Shown here one piece after another: positions 53,332 to 62,380 of a stretch of DNA of 64,000 nucleotides. A program made the position numbers and the translations under genes. The DNA is taken from positions 283,305-347,304 of the IMG/VR virus record IMGVR_UViG_3300031949_000001; one strand, written 5' to 3'. The notes under the pieces were generated by a model. It saw only the letters and a program-made list of their open reading frames with translations, was not told the DNA's origin and searched no databases. Origin of the DNA: a virus. Its lineage: Duplodnaviria > Heunggongvirae > Uroviricota > Caudoviricetes. Numbering within the stretch: the first letter of the stretch is position 1; each line of letters opens with the position of its first letter.

Positions 53332-53718
53332 TTAATGTAAAATTATATATTTGAACATGAATGCGAATGCTAGCATCCAGTCCGTAACACCCAAAACAAA
53401 ATAAAACAAATTTTTACCTCTCACTTCCTTCGGAAAAGATTCCATTTGCATAAGCGTTCCAGAACCTGTGAGGAAAGCTAGAATAGTCAACATTCCGTAG
53501 GAACCTTGGGTTAATCGAGAAAAATTATAGTCGGTGATACCGGCGAATATAGCCACAGCACCAACCAACATACAACTAAACAGGACCACCATATAGAGAA
53601 AGAAGACTATGATGCCGTTAAATTTTTCAGATTTAAGGGCATGAGAATTTCCTTCTATTGCGGGAATTAGATTCAATACCGCAAATCCGAACAGGACACC
53701 GATCATGTAGTTGTTCAT
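53332..53718 (-). CDS. Membrane protein
   Basis: 4 hydrophobic helices. Confidence 0.7.
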   Translation of the reverse strand: MNNYMIGVLFGFAVLNLIPAIEGNSHALKSEKFNGIIVFFLYMVVLFSCMLVGAVAIFAGITDYNFSRLTQGSYGMLTILAFLTGSGTLMQMESFPKEVRGKNLFYFVLGVTDWMLAFAFMFKYIILH

Positions 53719-53719
53719 A

Positions 53720-53914
53720 CTAGCTCCGTGTGTTCACCAAGGCGACCGCGCCCAATGATTCATCCATTCTAGCATTGTTACAGTCACGATGCAAACAATA
53801 TTTCTTACCCCATGCCGTTGTTACCACCCTCTCAACTACATTATGTCCTAATTCACTAGGGCATCGTTGAGACGTAATACTCTTAAAGATGCCTTCCAAC
53901 AGATCGTTTCCCAT
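53720..53914 (-). CDS. Hypothetical protein
   Basis: 64 aa ORF. Confidence 0.55.
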   Translation of the reverse strand: MGNDLLEGIFKSITSQRCPSELGHNVVERVVTTAWGKKYCLHRDCNNARMDESLGAVALVNTRS

Positions 53915-53924
53915 TCTTATCCCC

Positions 53925-54584
53925 TTACATCAACCAAGCAGCACCGCAGTTAGTCGCACCTGACATATCCCAGGTTGTGCCATTCACACACTGAGCCAGA
54001 ACGGGGGTGGCATCCGTTCCTGTATAAGTAGAAAATTGAAAACTTCCAGCCAAAGGATTACCGTCGTCAATCTTGCGATCAACTTCTAAAAGAATCTCGC
54101 TCGGGATCATGTTTCCAATCTTAAGGTTGTGGCGGACAGACGCCATTCCGTTTCCGAAAATATTGTCATAAGATACGTTCAGATAGACTCCATAAGGATT
54201 TTTCATGGTATTACTGTCACTAATGGCTGACGTGCCGTCATAACTGAAGCTACCCGTAATGAAACCCCCGGCTGACAAATGACTCCATACCAAAGTGTCT
54301 TCATGGAAAGACGCTTCGATGCGACCATTGCTGTTACCGTTGGCACAAGCAGGAACACAGGTAATATTAGTGGAAGCGGACGCAAAGTCGCCAGGAAGAG
54401 CGCGATAGCGATCACCGAACGCGAGGAAAGCAGCATGAATTTCAGCTTGTTCTTGAATAACGGCACGAACACGGCTGTTCTGAATGAGCGATTGTCCCTT
54501 CAGGACGCCAGCCAGAATCATACCAATTATTGCTACAACAATCGCAATTTCGATCAAGGTAAAACCGAGTTGTCGGCGAAACAT
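53925..54584 (-). CDS. Type IV pilin / pseudopilin (prepilin N-terminal cleavage-methylation motif)
   Basis: QLG^FTLIEIAIVVAIIGMILAGV class III signal; LPGD, IDDG motifs. Confidence 0.9.
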   Translation of the reverse strand: MFRRQLGFTLIEIAIVVAIIGMILAGVLKGQSLIQNSRVRAVIQEQAEIHAAFLAFGDRYRALPGDFASASTNITCVPACANGNSNGRIEASFHEDTLVWSHLSAGGFITGSFSYDGTSAISDSNTMKNPYGVYLNVSYDNIFGNGMASVRHNLKIGNMIPSEILLEVDRKIDDGNPLAGSFQFSTYTGTDATPVLAQCVNGTTWDMSGATNCGAAWLM

Positions 54585-54617
54585 TGTTCACTCCGAATAA
54601 AGTTTAAGACGAAAAGG

Positions 54618-54652
54618 ATTATAAACACTTTAGAACCGGTTGTCAATAAATA
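54618..54652. promoter_or_regulatory. Perfect sigma70 promoter (minus, pilin) overlapping a late promoter (plus)
   Basis: TTGACA-17-TATAAT at 54618-54646; AATAAATA at 54645-54652. Confidence 0.8.
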
Positions 54653-54677
54653 TCTTCGAATATAAAAGGTATTCTAA

Positions 54678-54884
54678 ATGAAACTCTCTGAACTTAAAAC
54701 CGAAGCGGTTGCAACAACATGTCAAACACCTGGAGCTATTTTCAAAATTCATATCGAAGCAAAGAAAATAAGGATAGAGATTAAGCTTCCAGAGACTACA
54801 GATTTGTCTAAAGAAGAAGCCAAACTTCTTGAACAGAACATTCACAATGCCTTAGAACTTGTTTTGAAGGAACTTTTTAAATAA
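54678..54884 (+). CDS. Small late protein with CTS-like N-terminus
   Basis: MKLSELKTE. Confidence 0.7.
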   Translation: MKLSELKTEAVATTCQTPGAIFKIHIEAKKIRIEIKLPETTDLSKEEAKLLEQNIHNALELVLKELFK

Positions 54885-54897
54885 AGTTATACTAGAT

Positions 54898-55131
54898 TTA
54901 TTCCCAGCATCCATGAGCGACAAACTTTCCATCTCCATCAAAGTAGAAATCGACATAAAAACCAGCATATCCGTGTCCATTTTCGATTCCAACTCTAGAG
55001 ACAATTTCCTTTGGGAATGTTCTAAATCCACCCAATGATTCCATGGCTGGGGTTGAAGGGCTAACTGGTGCAATTTCAACACATAATTCAAATGAGTCAA
55101 ATAGAGCAATCAATTTTTCTTTATCTGTCAT
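54898..55131 (-). CDS. Hypothetical protein
   Basis: 77 aa ORF. Confidence 0.65.
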   Translation of the reverse strand: MTDKEKLIALFDSFELCVEIAPVSPSTPAMESLGGFRTFPKEIVSRVGIENGHGYAGFYVDFYFDGDGKFVAHGCWE

Positions 55132-55366
55132 TTTTAATTTCTCCTATTAGAACATAATTGAGAATTGTCAACATATGCGCAGCAGCCTCTTCTTGCGTAT
55201 CAAATTCTACAGTAGATTTCTGAGTTATAGTTTCATCATCACCAAACATTTTTTCGGTGATCGCATATTCCCAAATGATTTTTCCTTTTGGGGTTTCGTT
55301 AATAGTAGCATTGATTGATACTAATGTGTTCATAGTTTTCTCCAACTTATCAATGAACCCTACCAC
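55121..55366 (-). CDS. Hypothetical protein
   Basis: 81 aa ORF. Confidence 0.6.
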   Translation of the reverse strand: MVGFIDKLEKTMNTLVSINATINETPKGKIIWEYAITEKMFGDDETITQKSTVEFDTQEEAAAHMLTILNYVLIGEIKNDR

Positions 55367-55389
55367 ATAACATATCGAGTTGTCAAATG

Positions 55390-55417
55390 AAAATGGGGAG
55401 CTTTCGGCTCCCCATTT
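55390..55417. terminator. Intrinsic terminator
   Basis: AAATGGGGAGC-TTTCG-GCTCCCCATTT. Confidence 0.75.
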
Positions 55418-55613
55418 ATTGGATAGACTATTTAGAAGAGAGTTCTTTTCTTCGTTCCTCTTCCTTCCTACGTTCTACACCGCCAGGAGGCGGCATATTC
55501 TTTATACGTCGGTCTAATTCTGATCTGATTATTCTTGCCGCCTCTTCGCTACGTTTTCTGTAGAGTTTGGGGTCGCCTATTATCTCAATTAATCTCATTA
55601 TTTTCTGGATTAC

Positions 55614-55961
55614 TTAGTCGTCACAATCACAATTTTCTTCAAGAATGTAACCATTGTCTTCTGCCCACTGAACCAATTCATCATCTTCGTTAATATTAAC
55701 GTAGCCATGGTCGGACGCCCATTCACCCATCGCTTCTTCGTCTTCTTCGGAAATGTAACCATTTTCAGCAGCCCAATTTACTAAATCTTCATCAGCCACT
55801 ATTTCGTTTATGTCTTGCTCCTGTGCCCATTCTGCAAGATCTTCTTCCTCGAAAACTTCGTCAGGTGTATAGTTTTCACGAACCCAATCCATTACATTTT
55901 CCATCATGTCTTCTGAAAAGAGCGCGTTTTGAAATGCTTTAACTTTGTTCTTAGCAGCCAT
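55614..55961 (-). CDS. Highly acidic repeat protein
   Basis: 37 D/E in 115 aa; repeated (D/E)L..WA.(E/D).GY(I/V) units. Confidence 0.8.
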   Translation of the reverse strand: MAAKNKVKAFQNALFSEDMMENVMDWVRENYTPDEVFEEEDLAEWAQEQDINEIVADEDLVNWAAENGYISEEDEEAMGEWASDHGYVNINEDDELVQWAEDNGYILEENCDCDD

Positions 55962-56019
55962 TTTTGTTCTCCTTATTTGGCGGGGTGGAACTTATATTTA
56001 TCCGTTCCTAGAACTCCTC

Positions 56020-56202
56020 TTACAAATTCTGACGAGATTTGCGGAGCATTTCCATGAGAATACGAACAGGTTCAGTATGGAGTGCCCATACATAGCGCGG
56101 TCCCAAGGCAGCGGCTATTTCATTTTCAAATCGTATTTCATTATCAACTTCCTCGACAAGTCTCGGAGATAACGCGGCGTCCAATTCTTCTTCGATATCC
56201 AT
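56020..56202 (-). CDS. Hypothetical protein
   Basis: 60 aa ORF. Confidence 0.55.
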   Translation of the reverse strand: MDIEEELDAALSPRLVEEVDNEIRFENEIAAALGPRYVWALHTEPVRILMEMLRKSRQNL

Positions 56203-56900
56203 TATACAAGCCGATCCAATGGCAATCCATTCAGGAAATCACCCGATAGAGCGTTCCTAACTAGAGCAACTTGTGACTTTAACATATGTTTTGCATTAAT
56301 ATACGCAAAAAATTGGTCAGGAAATAATCCTTCTGCTTTCTTGATCATCGGTAGAAAGAAGTGCTCAACCTCATTCACATAGCTAACTTGTTTCTCGGTT
56401 GAGAATACACCAGCCATTGAATTGACATTGTGGATGCGATCAGCAGCTTTTACGATGCTGGCGCGCAAATCATTGGCGCAGTCATCATAGTAAACCAAAT
56501 CAGCATTTTCGTGGGCATATTTTGCTGTGCCATTGACTTTCTTTGAGATTGCCCAAACGCTGTCCGCAATAGATTTACCGAAACGAGCTTCGATTGTTTC
56601 ACGATTTGTGTCGGTATCTTCGATAATATCATGAAGTAATCCGACAATAATGGTGTTCTCTTCTTCACGGATGCCTTTTAATGTTGAAATATAAAGACTA
56701 ATTTCAATTTGATGTTGACATTCTGGAGTTTTTCCGTCTTTTCTGAAACCATCATGCTTTTGTTTGGCGAATTGAAGCGCTTCGAGAGCGAGATTGTACC
56801 CTTTTCCGAGAAGGAAATATTTTAACGCAATTGAAAGTCTTTCATACCGATTACTCATTTCATCTATCCTCGAATTCATTTTTATAGTAAAACCATTCAC
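56202..56900 (-). CDS. HD-domain small alarmone hydrolase (RelA/SpoT/Mesh1-like)
   Basis: FAKQKHDGFRKDG.TP...H, GLLHDIIEDT, VKAADRIHN. Confidence 0.88.
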   Translation of the reverse strand: MNGFTIKMNSRIDEMSNRYERLSIALKYFLLGKGYNLALEALQFAKQKHDGFRKDGKTPECQHQIEISLYISTLKGIREEENTIIVGLLHDIIEDTDTNRETIEARFGKSIADSVWAISKKVNGTAKYAHENADLVYYDDCANDLRASIVKAADRIHNVNSMAGVFSTEKQVSYVNEVEHFFLPMIKKAEGLFPDQFFAYINAKHMLKSQVALVRNALSGDFLNGLPLDRLV

Positions 56901-57123
56901 TTATGTAAGGCTCCCATTCGAAACCAAATTCCAACCAACACTCACTGATGGTTCCATAACGCCAAACATATTCTAACCAAATACAGTTATAATCTCCACT
57001 GTTAAGACGTACCGGAAACCATGCAAACCATTTCGTTTTCTTTGCTAGTAGGCGAATTTTTTCCTTAAATGCTACTTTACGCTTCCTTTTCCTTTTCTCC
57101 CAATCAATACACTTAAATTCCAT
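56860..57123 (-). CDS. Hypothetical protein
   Basis: KWFAWFPVRL...IWLEYVWR. Confidence 0.65.
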   Translation of the reverse strand: MEFKCIDWEKRKRKRKVAFKEKIRLLAKKTKWFAWFPVRLNSGDYNCIWLEYVWRYGTISECWLEFGFEWEPYISEWFYYKNEFEDR

Positions 57124-57363
57124 TTACTTTCCCTTTGTAACAGAGACATTATTTCCTGATGTATGTCGAATCAATACAAACGCATTATTCAATGCTATTT
57201 CGAATTCGCGCGCATCTAACTCGTTAGTAAACACTTCAATTTCGGGGCGAGTTTGAGAACTAAAGTCTCCGTATCTCGATGTCCAACGGACTTCCCACAA
57301 TTGAACGGTGTTAATTTCTTTTATTTCATTTGAAATTGGGACTTTTACTTTCTTTAAAAACAT
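57124..57363 (-). CDS. Hypothetical protein
   Basis: 79 aa ORF. Confidence 0.65.
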   Translation of the reverse strand: MFLKKVKVPISNEIKEINTVQLWEVRWTSRYGDFSSQTRPEIEVFTNELDAREFEIALNNAFVLIRHTSGNNVSVTKGK

Positions 57364-57373
57364 ATTTCCTCCA

Positions 57374-57556
57374 TTAATTTATGAATATACTGTTCCTATA
57401 GGAGCGGTCCCGTTCCCATCTACGCATGCGATACTCAAGATCGGCAGCGTCTGTGGCTTGGGAAAGATATCTTTCTAGTTCCCAATCGTAGGTCGTAGTC
57501 ACCTTTTTATACCAGTCTTTAATTCTTGTCAATAAATTATTCATGCTATCTTCCAT
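57374..57556 (-). CDS. DUF3563-like small protein
   Basis: ERYLSQATDAADLEYRMRRWER. Confidence 0.7.
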   Translation of the reverse strand: MEDSMNNLLTRIKDWYKKVTTTYDWELERYLSQATDAADLEYRMRRWERDRSYRNSIFIN

Positions 57557-57602
57557 TCGATTACCATGAAAGTATATAGCAGTTTACATTGCACCGCAAC
57601 AT

Positions 57603-57929
57603 CTATACCTTCATGAATCCTTGTGGGTTAACATCAAGGTCTTCTTGTGGCTGTTCTTCATCTTCGGACTCACACTCTTCTTGTTTCAAGCGCAATTCGT
57701 AATTTTCAATGAAAAGTTTGACATTATCGTTAATGGACTCATTATAGACTGCACGAAGATTTTGATTCGCGAGCAACATCAACCCGATAATTGCAATTTG
57801 CGTTAAAACTAGAATTATTAACAAAATATTACCGTGTATCCGAAGAGTCGGGAACTGACGAAGTATAAATTCTTTCATGGGAAGCCCTTGAGTTGGACGG
57901 CTAAATAGTCTGTAATTATTGTAAGCCAA
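57603..57929 (-). CDS. Membrane-anchored coiled-coil protein
   Basis: Single TM helix then acidic tail. Confidence 0.6.
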   Translation of the reverse strand: MAYNNYRLFSRPTQGLPMKEFILRQFPTLRIHGNILLIILVLTQIAIIGLMLLANQNLRAVYNESINDNVKLFIENYELRLKQEECESEDEEQPQEDLDVNPQGFMKV

Positions 57930-57933
57930 AACT

Positions 57934-59034
57934 ATGTCCGAGTCAATACTTCCACACCAACTTATTTCAAGAGATGATGCCTTAACAGCAGATCTGAAAA
58001 TGTTTTTTACTGGTTTACCGTGTCAAAATGGACACATCTCTGAAAGATATGTAAGCAATTATAGTTGTCAAGAATGTCTTTTAACTTTAGCGGGTCGTCC
58101 AAGAAGGCTAGACCCGCCTAAGAAAATTAAAGAAACAGTTGGTAGACCAAAATTAGAATATGTTTCTTATGAAGAGGCACGTGCGTGGGTTCGGAAATTC
58201 CGTTTTAAAAGTTGGAAAGAATGGTTTAAATTTAGAAAAAAGAGAGATCCAAAAACGGGCAAACACCTTCGACCAGCGTGGATTCCAAACGCGCCAGAGC
58301 GAGCGTATAAAAATAATGGTTGGGTTAGTGGTGAAGATTATTTTGGCTTTGGTAGAGCAGCCCTTTTCTCTTATGCTAAAGCAAAGATGGAGGCACGCAA
58401 GCTGGGCTTAAAAAGCCGAACAGCATGGCGTGTTTGGTGGAGACAATATAGACCAGTGACAGTACCGTGTGCGCCGGAACTATATTACAAAGAATGGGAA
58501 AACTGGAATGAGTTTCTCGGTAATCGGAATGTTTTTAACACTTGGAAACCTCAACTTGTTTCCTATGAGCAGGCAAAAAAAATTGTTCATCCGCTTAAGT
58601 TTAGGAATCAAACAGAATACTTTGAATGGCATAAAGCAAACAGACCATATAACTTACCATTTCACCCAGCCATCACATACAAAAAGAGAGGATGGGAAAG
58701 TTGGACTAAATTCCTCGGTCGAAAGGTTGCAGACCGGTTAGAGAGCAAGAGCGTCAATACTGCTGTGTGGTATATCGTCCATCATCCAGGTTTACCAGAC
58801 AACGTTATAGAGGTTTCTATCGACGGTGTTGGCAAGAAGATTGTCTTACAAAAAGTAAAACAAAAAGAATTTATCTTATTAAAGATATACAAATATGAAG
58901 TGGCGTCGAAGCCACAAGTTGAAGCAATCCTTAATGAATTTAGCACTTCATATTGGGAAGATAGAAAACAGCGAATTTGTAGTAACATTTCCCAAATGCT
59001 TTTTGAACTAGACCAACTGCTGGAATGGGCTTAA
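57934..59034 (+). CDS. Zn-module plus phage-integrase-repeat-unit-like protein (endonuclease-derived?)
   Basis: FTGLPCQNGH...CQEC, then three YEEA...EW...P..P...Y...W..W..FLG repeats; CTAAATA at 57901. Confidence 0.7.
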   Translation: MSESILPHQLISRDDALTADLKMFFTGLPCQNGHISERYVSNYSCQECLLTLAGRPRRLDPPKKIKETVGRPKLEYVSYEEARAWVRKFRFKSWKEWFKFRKKRDPKTGKHLRPAWIPNAPERAYKNNGWVSGEDYFGFGRAALFSYAKAKMEARKLGLKSRTAWRVWWRQYRPVTVPCAPELYYKEWENWNEFLGNRNVFNTWKPQLVSYEQAKKIVHPLKFRNQTEYFEWHKANRPYNLPFHPAITYKKRGWESWTKFLGRKVADRLESKSVNTAVWYIVHHPGLPDNVIEVSIDGVGKKIVLQKVKQKEFILLKIYKYEVASKPQVEAILNEFSTSYWEDRKQRICSNISQMLFELDQLLEWA

Positions 59035-59246
59035 TTATCTTTAACGATAATTCGATTGTTGCGTTCCAAGAAATGTACAAGGAGAGATCCAAAGAAAACA
59101 CCCAAACCAAGACTCCAAGATCCGAGGATCGTTGATAGTATATCAATGGTGAAAGTTTTTACATATATGGTATACACACCTAGCGCAAATGAGATATTCA
59201 TTATCAGGATGGCTAATATCATACGCTTTTCACATTTTGTAAACAT
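59031..59246 (-). CDS. Small membrane protein
   Basis: Two TM helices. Confidence 0.6.
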   Translation of the reverse strand: MFTKCEKRMILAILIMNISFALGVYTIYVKTFTIDILSTILGSWSLGLGVFFGSLLVHFLERNNRIIVKDN

Positions 59247-59249
59247 TTT

Positions 59250-59528
59250 CTATTCCTTTATTTTGTAAGTTGAAACAATCGGCGGCTTACCAGGAAAAAA
59301 CCAACCATGAAGAGTTATTGGTTCTTTAGCTAACACGATACGGTCATGGGGGACGATAGAATCATCCACGGGGATCACATGCGCAGTCTGCTTCACAACA
59401 TCGTTTTGTAGACTCCAATATTTGGCATTATCACCTTCAAAAAGTTTAAGAAAATAGCCATTAGTCATCATTTCCAAAATTTTTTCTGGTGTCTTTACAA
59501 GAACGAATGGTTTGAACGGTTCGGTCAT
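59250..59528 (-). CDS. Hypothetical protein
   Basis: 92 aa ORF. Confidence 0.6.
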   Translation of the reverse strand: MTEPFKPFVLVKTPEKILEMMTNGYFLKLFEGDNAKYWSLQNDVVKQTAHVIPVDDSIVPHDRIVLAKEPITLHGWFFPGKPPIVSTYKIKE

Positions 59529-59962
59529 TTCTTTTCTTCACAAGGATAAAGATGACGCAGCCCAGCAAACAAATAGAAAGACGCTGGGAGAGCTAGATTT
59601 TTCTGAAGATTCTCAGGATCAGCCATTACATATGCATACGAAGCAGCCAGAGCACCTAACGACTTCTCCAAAAGATCGTGGTCAGTCTCGTTTTGTGGGG
59701 GGCAAATAGTTTTCAACATTCGCAAGGTATCGATGGTGCCCCCAATATACAACATAGCAGAGGCAGTTACGAGAAGATTTCCAGAATTTAAATTATCAAG
59801 CATGGAACCAAACGAAATCATAGCACCTGGGTTTTGAAACTCAGGAGGGATAGAAACTTCGTTTTGTCCCAATACATTGAAAGAAAGTAGCAAACCAACC
59901 ATCATAGAGAATAGTTTCATATTAAGCGCTCTTTTGTAATTGACGTGGAGAATGATATTCAA
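59525..59962 (-). CDS. Exported Rap1a-like immunity-fold protein
   Basis: Signal peptide; YIGGTID...ICPP...P..L..PAS....L...YPC. Confidence 0.65.
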   Translation of the reverse strand: MNIILHVNYKRALNMKLFSMMVGLLLSFNVLGQNEVSIPPEFQNPGAMISFGSMLDNLNSGNLLVTASAMLYIGGTIDTLRMLKTICPPQNETDHDLLEKSLGALAASYAYVMADPENLQKNLALPASFYLFAGLRHLYPCEEKK

Positions 59963-60122
59963 CGTAATGCTTTAGAATTTCGTTATAACTGGTAAATTCG
60001 GAAACAGTGCCACATTCTTGACACCATTCTATTCGTGTAGATGTGGAGGAAACGCGTGGTGTGTGGTAAATCTCTTTCCAATCATGTGTATACCCATCTT
60101 TACATTGTGGTAGTTCTGTCAT
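59922..60122 (-). CDS. Small Zn-binding protein
   Basis: C...HDW...WCQECG, similar to 52423..52644. Confidence 0.6.
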   Translation of the reverse strand: MTELPQCKDGYTHDWKEIYHTPRVSSTSTRIEWCQECGTVSEFTSYNEILKHYVEYHSPRQLQKSA

Positions 60123-60124
60123 GT

Positions 60125-61114
60125 TTATTCACTCCTCTGTTTACGGGCTACTTCCAGTTCTTGTGAAAGAGTCATAACTGCCATGCAATAGTTCACACTT
60201 GGATTGTAGCGGAAGATGGCATAGAAATTATCGAAACCATTCCAAATTTCTGTTCGACCTTCTTCAATCTCGATCTGAAACAAGCTCGCAGGATAATTAT
60301 AGTACGAAAAGTCATATGTGTCAACAACAGTTACACGGCATTTAGACGCCCATTCAATCATTTTAATAGTGGGACGAATTCTTTTAACATAACCTTCTGG
60401 TAGACTCTTACAATCTGATTGCTTCGCAATCTCTTGATCATGAACCCAACCCTTGCGTTGGAGATAAGCACCAACACTACCAATAGCATCTGTAACATTG
60501 TGCATCAGGTCAATTTTACCATCAGAATCAAAGTCAACAGCATAAATTCTATAACTGGATGGCATGAATTGAGGTAAACCTAGTGCTCCCGCATAAGAAC
60601 CTAAAACATCTCGTGGTTGCCAACCTTGTTCACGAGCAAGCAACATGAATTCAATTAATTCAGTACGAAAGTATTCTTGTCTGGCTTTTGGAGTATAGAA
60701 GGCTAGAGTCGTCAACGCATCAAAAGTACGAAAATTACCAATAGTTTCACCATATTTCGTTTCGACACCAATAACAGAAACAATTATTGAGGCTGATACT
60801 CCATAAGTTGTGGCGGCTCGATCCAATACCTCTTTATTTTCATCCCAAAATTTTACACCATTGTCAATTCGGCGCTGATTGACGAAGAGTGGTTTGAATT
60901 TGTACCATGGAAGATTTGTGACTGGTGTGGCAATATGTTGTTGAATCGGACGAACTTCTTCTGCCTGTTGAAGTAGTTTCACTACTTCTTTTTTGTCGAA
61001 ATGGAAACGTTTTGCCATCGTTGTAGCAAAACGTTCAAATTCTTTCTGAGGTTTAGCGGCTAATGCGTTTAATGAGAAGATAGCTAGGCATAGCGCTATG
61101 AGAAGCTTTTTCAT
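60125..61114 (-). CDS. mltB: Lytic murein transglycosylase B (SLT_2)
   Basis: Signal peptide, IIVSVIGVETKYG, GSYAGALGLPQFMPSS, AVDFDSDGKIDL EF-hand, YNPSVNY. Confidence 0.92.
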   Translation of the reverse strand: MKKLLIALCLAIFSLNALAAKPQKEFERFATTMAKRFHFDKKEVVKLLQQAEEVRPIQQHIATPVTNLPWYKFKPLFVNQRRIDNGVKFWDENKEVLDRAATTYGVSASIIVSVIGVETKYGETIGNFRTFDALTTLAFYTPKARQEYFRTELIEFMLLAREQGWQPRDVLGSYAGALGLPQFMPSSYRIYAVDFDSDGKIDLMHNVTDAIGSVGAYLQRKGWVHDQEIAKQSDCKSLPEGYVKRIRPTIKMIEWASKCRVTVVDTYDFSYYNYPASLFQIEIEEGRTEIWNGFDNFYAIFRYNPSVNYCMAVMTLSQELEVARKQRSE

Positions 61115-61121
61115 TGACTTA

Positions 61122-61655
61122 TCAATTTTTCCAAAGCCTATTTACTTCACCAACAAAGAGATAAAAATGGAAGCCCGAACCACACTCATCTTTAAATCCA
61201 CGCATGCGAAGTTGGAGAGTAGTATTCGGAATATAAGCAGTTTGTTCTCCTGTCAGGTTTTTTCTATGAGCCGAAACAGCGAACCCAAGTTTGTTCTCCG
61301 GGTTATCCAAATCATGAATGGAAATAATGGTCGCAGAATTACTACGAAGTTTTATCGTAGTGTTTTGACTAAACCTAAGTTGTGTTGGGTAAAAGAAAAT
61401 AAGAGAACCCGGTTTAACTTCGGCTTTTACGAGCGCGTTGTTGCGAACGAGGCTATTATTAAAAAGATCTGCCACGTCGTAATGAACCCCGCGCTTATAA
61501 ACGGTCAATTTCTTTGTTACTCGAAGGATGTAACCATTACCTTCTGCATGATCAAGTTCAGTATGATTTGACAGCTTACCAAGCTGTCGCTTGAATCGAG
61601 GATATCTAGTCAATAGACCTTTCCAAAATAAATTATCGCTACGCATTTTTTTCAT
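61122..61655 (-). CDS. Hypothetical protein
   Basis: 177 aa ORF. Confidence 0.65.
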   Translation of the reverse strand: MKKMRSDNLFWKGLLTRYPRFKRQLGKLSNHTELDHAEGNGYILRVTKKLTVYKRGVHYDVADLFNNSLVRNNALVKAEVKPGSLIFFYPTQLRFSQNTTIKLRSNSATIISIHDLDNPENKLGFAVSAHRKNLTGEQTAYIPNTTLQLRMRGFKDECGSGFHFYLFVGEVNRLWKN

Positions 61656-61878
61656 TCTCCAAAATTAGTTGTATACATTCCCATATGATCGTTCGCGTCT
61701 GTTCAACGTGCTTGAAAGTGTATATCGTCAAAAGGCTTCGAAGCCCTTTCTTCATTTGTTCTACACTGTCGATATCGAGCAAGTGTAGCACGTCATCTTG
61801 AAATTGTCTAGTGAGCGCATGAGGCACTTGGTCTAAGACCGGGCGCATACGTAGTTTAATCTCTGTTAGAAGGTCCAT
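61639..61878 (-). CDS. Hypothetical protein
   Basis: 79 aa ORF. Confidence 0.65.
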   Translation of the reverse strand: MDLLTEIKLRMRPVLDQVPHALTRQFQDDVLHLLDIDSVEQMKKGLRSLLTIYTFKHVEQTRTIIWECIQLILENEKNA

Positions 61879-62215
61879 TAATGCTATCTCTCCAATCGTG
61901 ATAGTATTCTACGAATTCAACTCCCTTTTCTATAGCTGTCATGAACACTAATGTTCCGAATATCCAAAAAATATTCCCAGCCCACAAAGTTGTGAGCACA
62001 ATAAGCAATAAAGAATCAACACCGTAAAGTTGGAAGAAAATGGTTAAGAAAGTAGCAGACACTAACACTCCACCAAGACCGGCGCCAAGAATAGTAAAGA
62101 ATTCTTTTTTTGTTTCTTCAAACCAAGAACGTTTGGCAAAATCAAAAAAGCTTACGGTTGCGAGCCAACCTGACCATCGTAGAAAATCTATTAATAGCGT
62201 TCTAAGAATTTCCAT
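61856..62215 (-). CDS. Membrane protein
   Basis: Hydrophobic helices. Confidence 0.65.
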   Translation of the reverse strand: MEILRTLLIDFLRWSGWLATVSFFDFAKRSWFEETKKEFFTILGAGLGGVLVSATFLTIFFQLYGVDSLLLIVLTTLWAGNIFWIFGTLVFMTAIEKGVEFVEYYHDWRDSINGPSNRD

Positions 62216-62380
62216 CTGTCTTTACTTCGGTTTGTGTAGGATGTTTTGAACATGATACTCCAAAGTGAACCTGTCCATCAATTCCGATTCCTAGTAAACA
62301 AAAAACCAAAGCAACACTGATATATTTCAACAGTTTGTTGAAAGTTTTTTCTTCATCGGGTTCGAACATTCTCTTCATGA

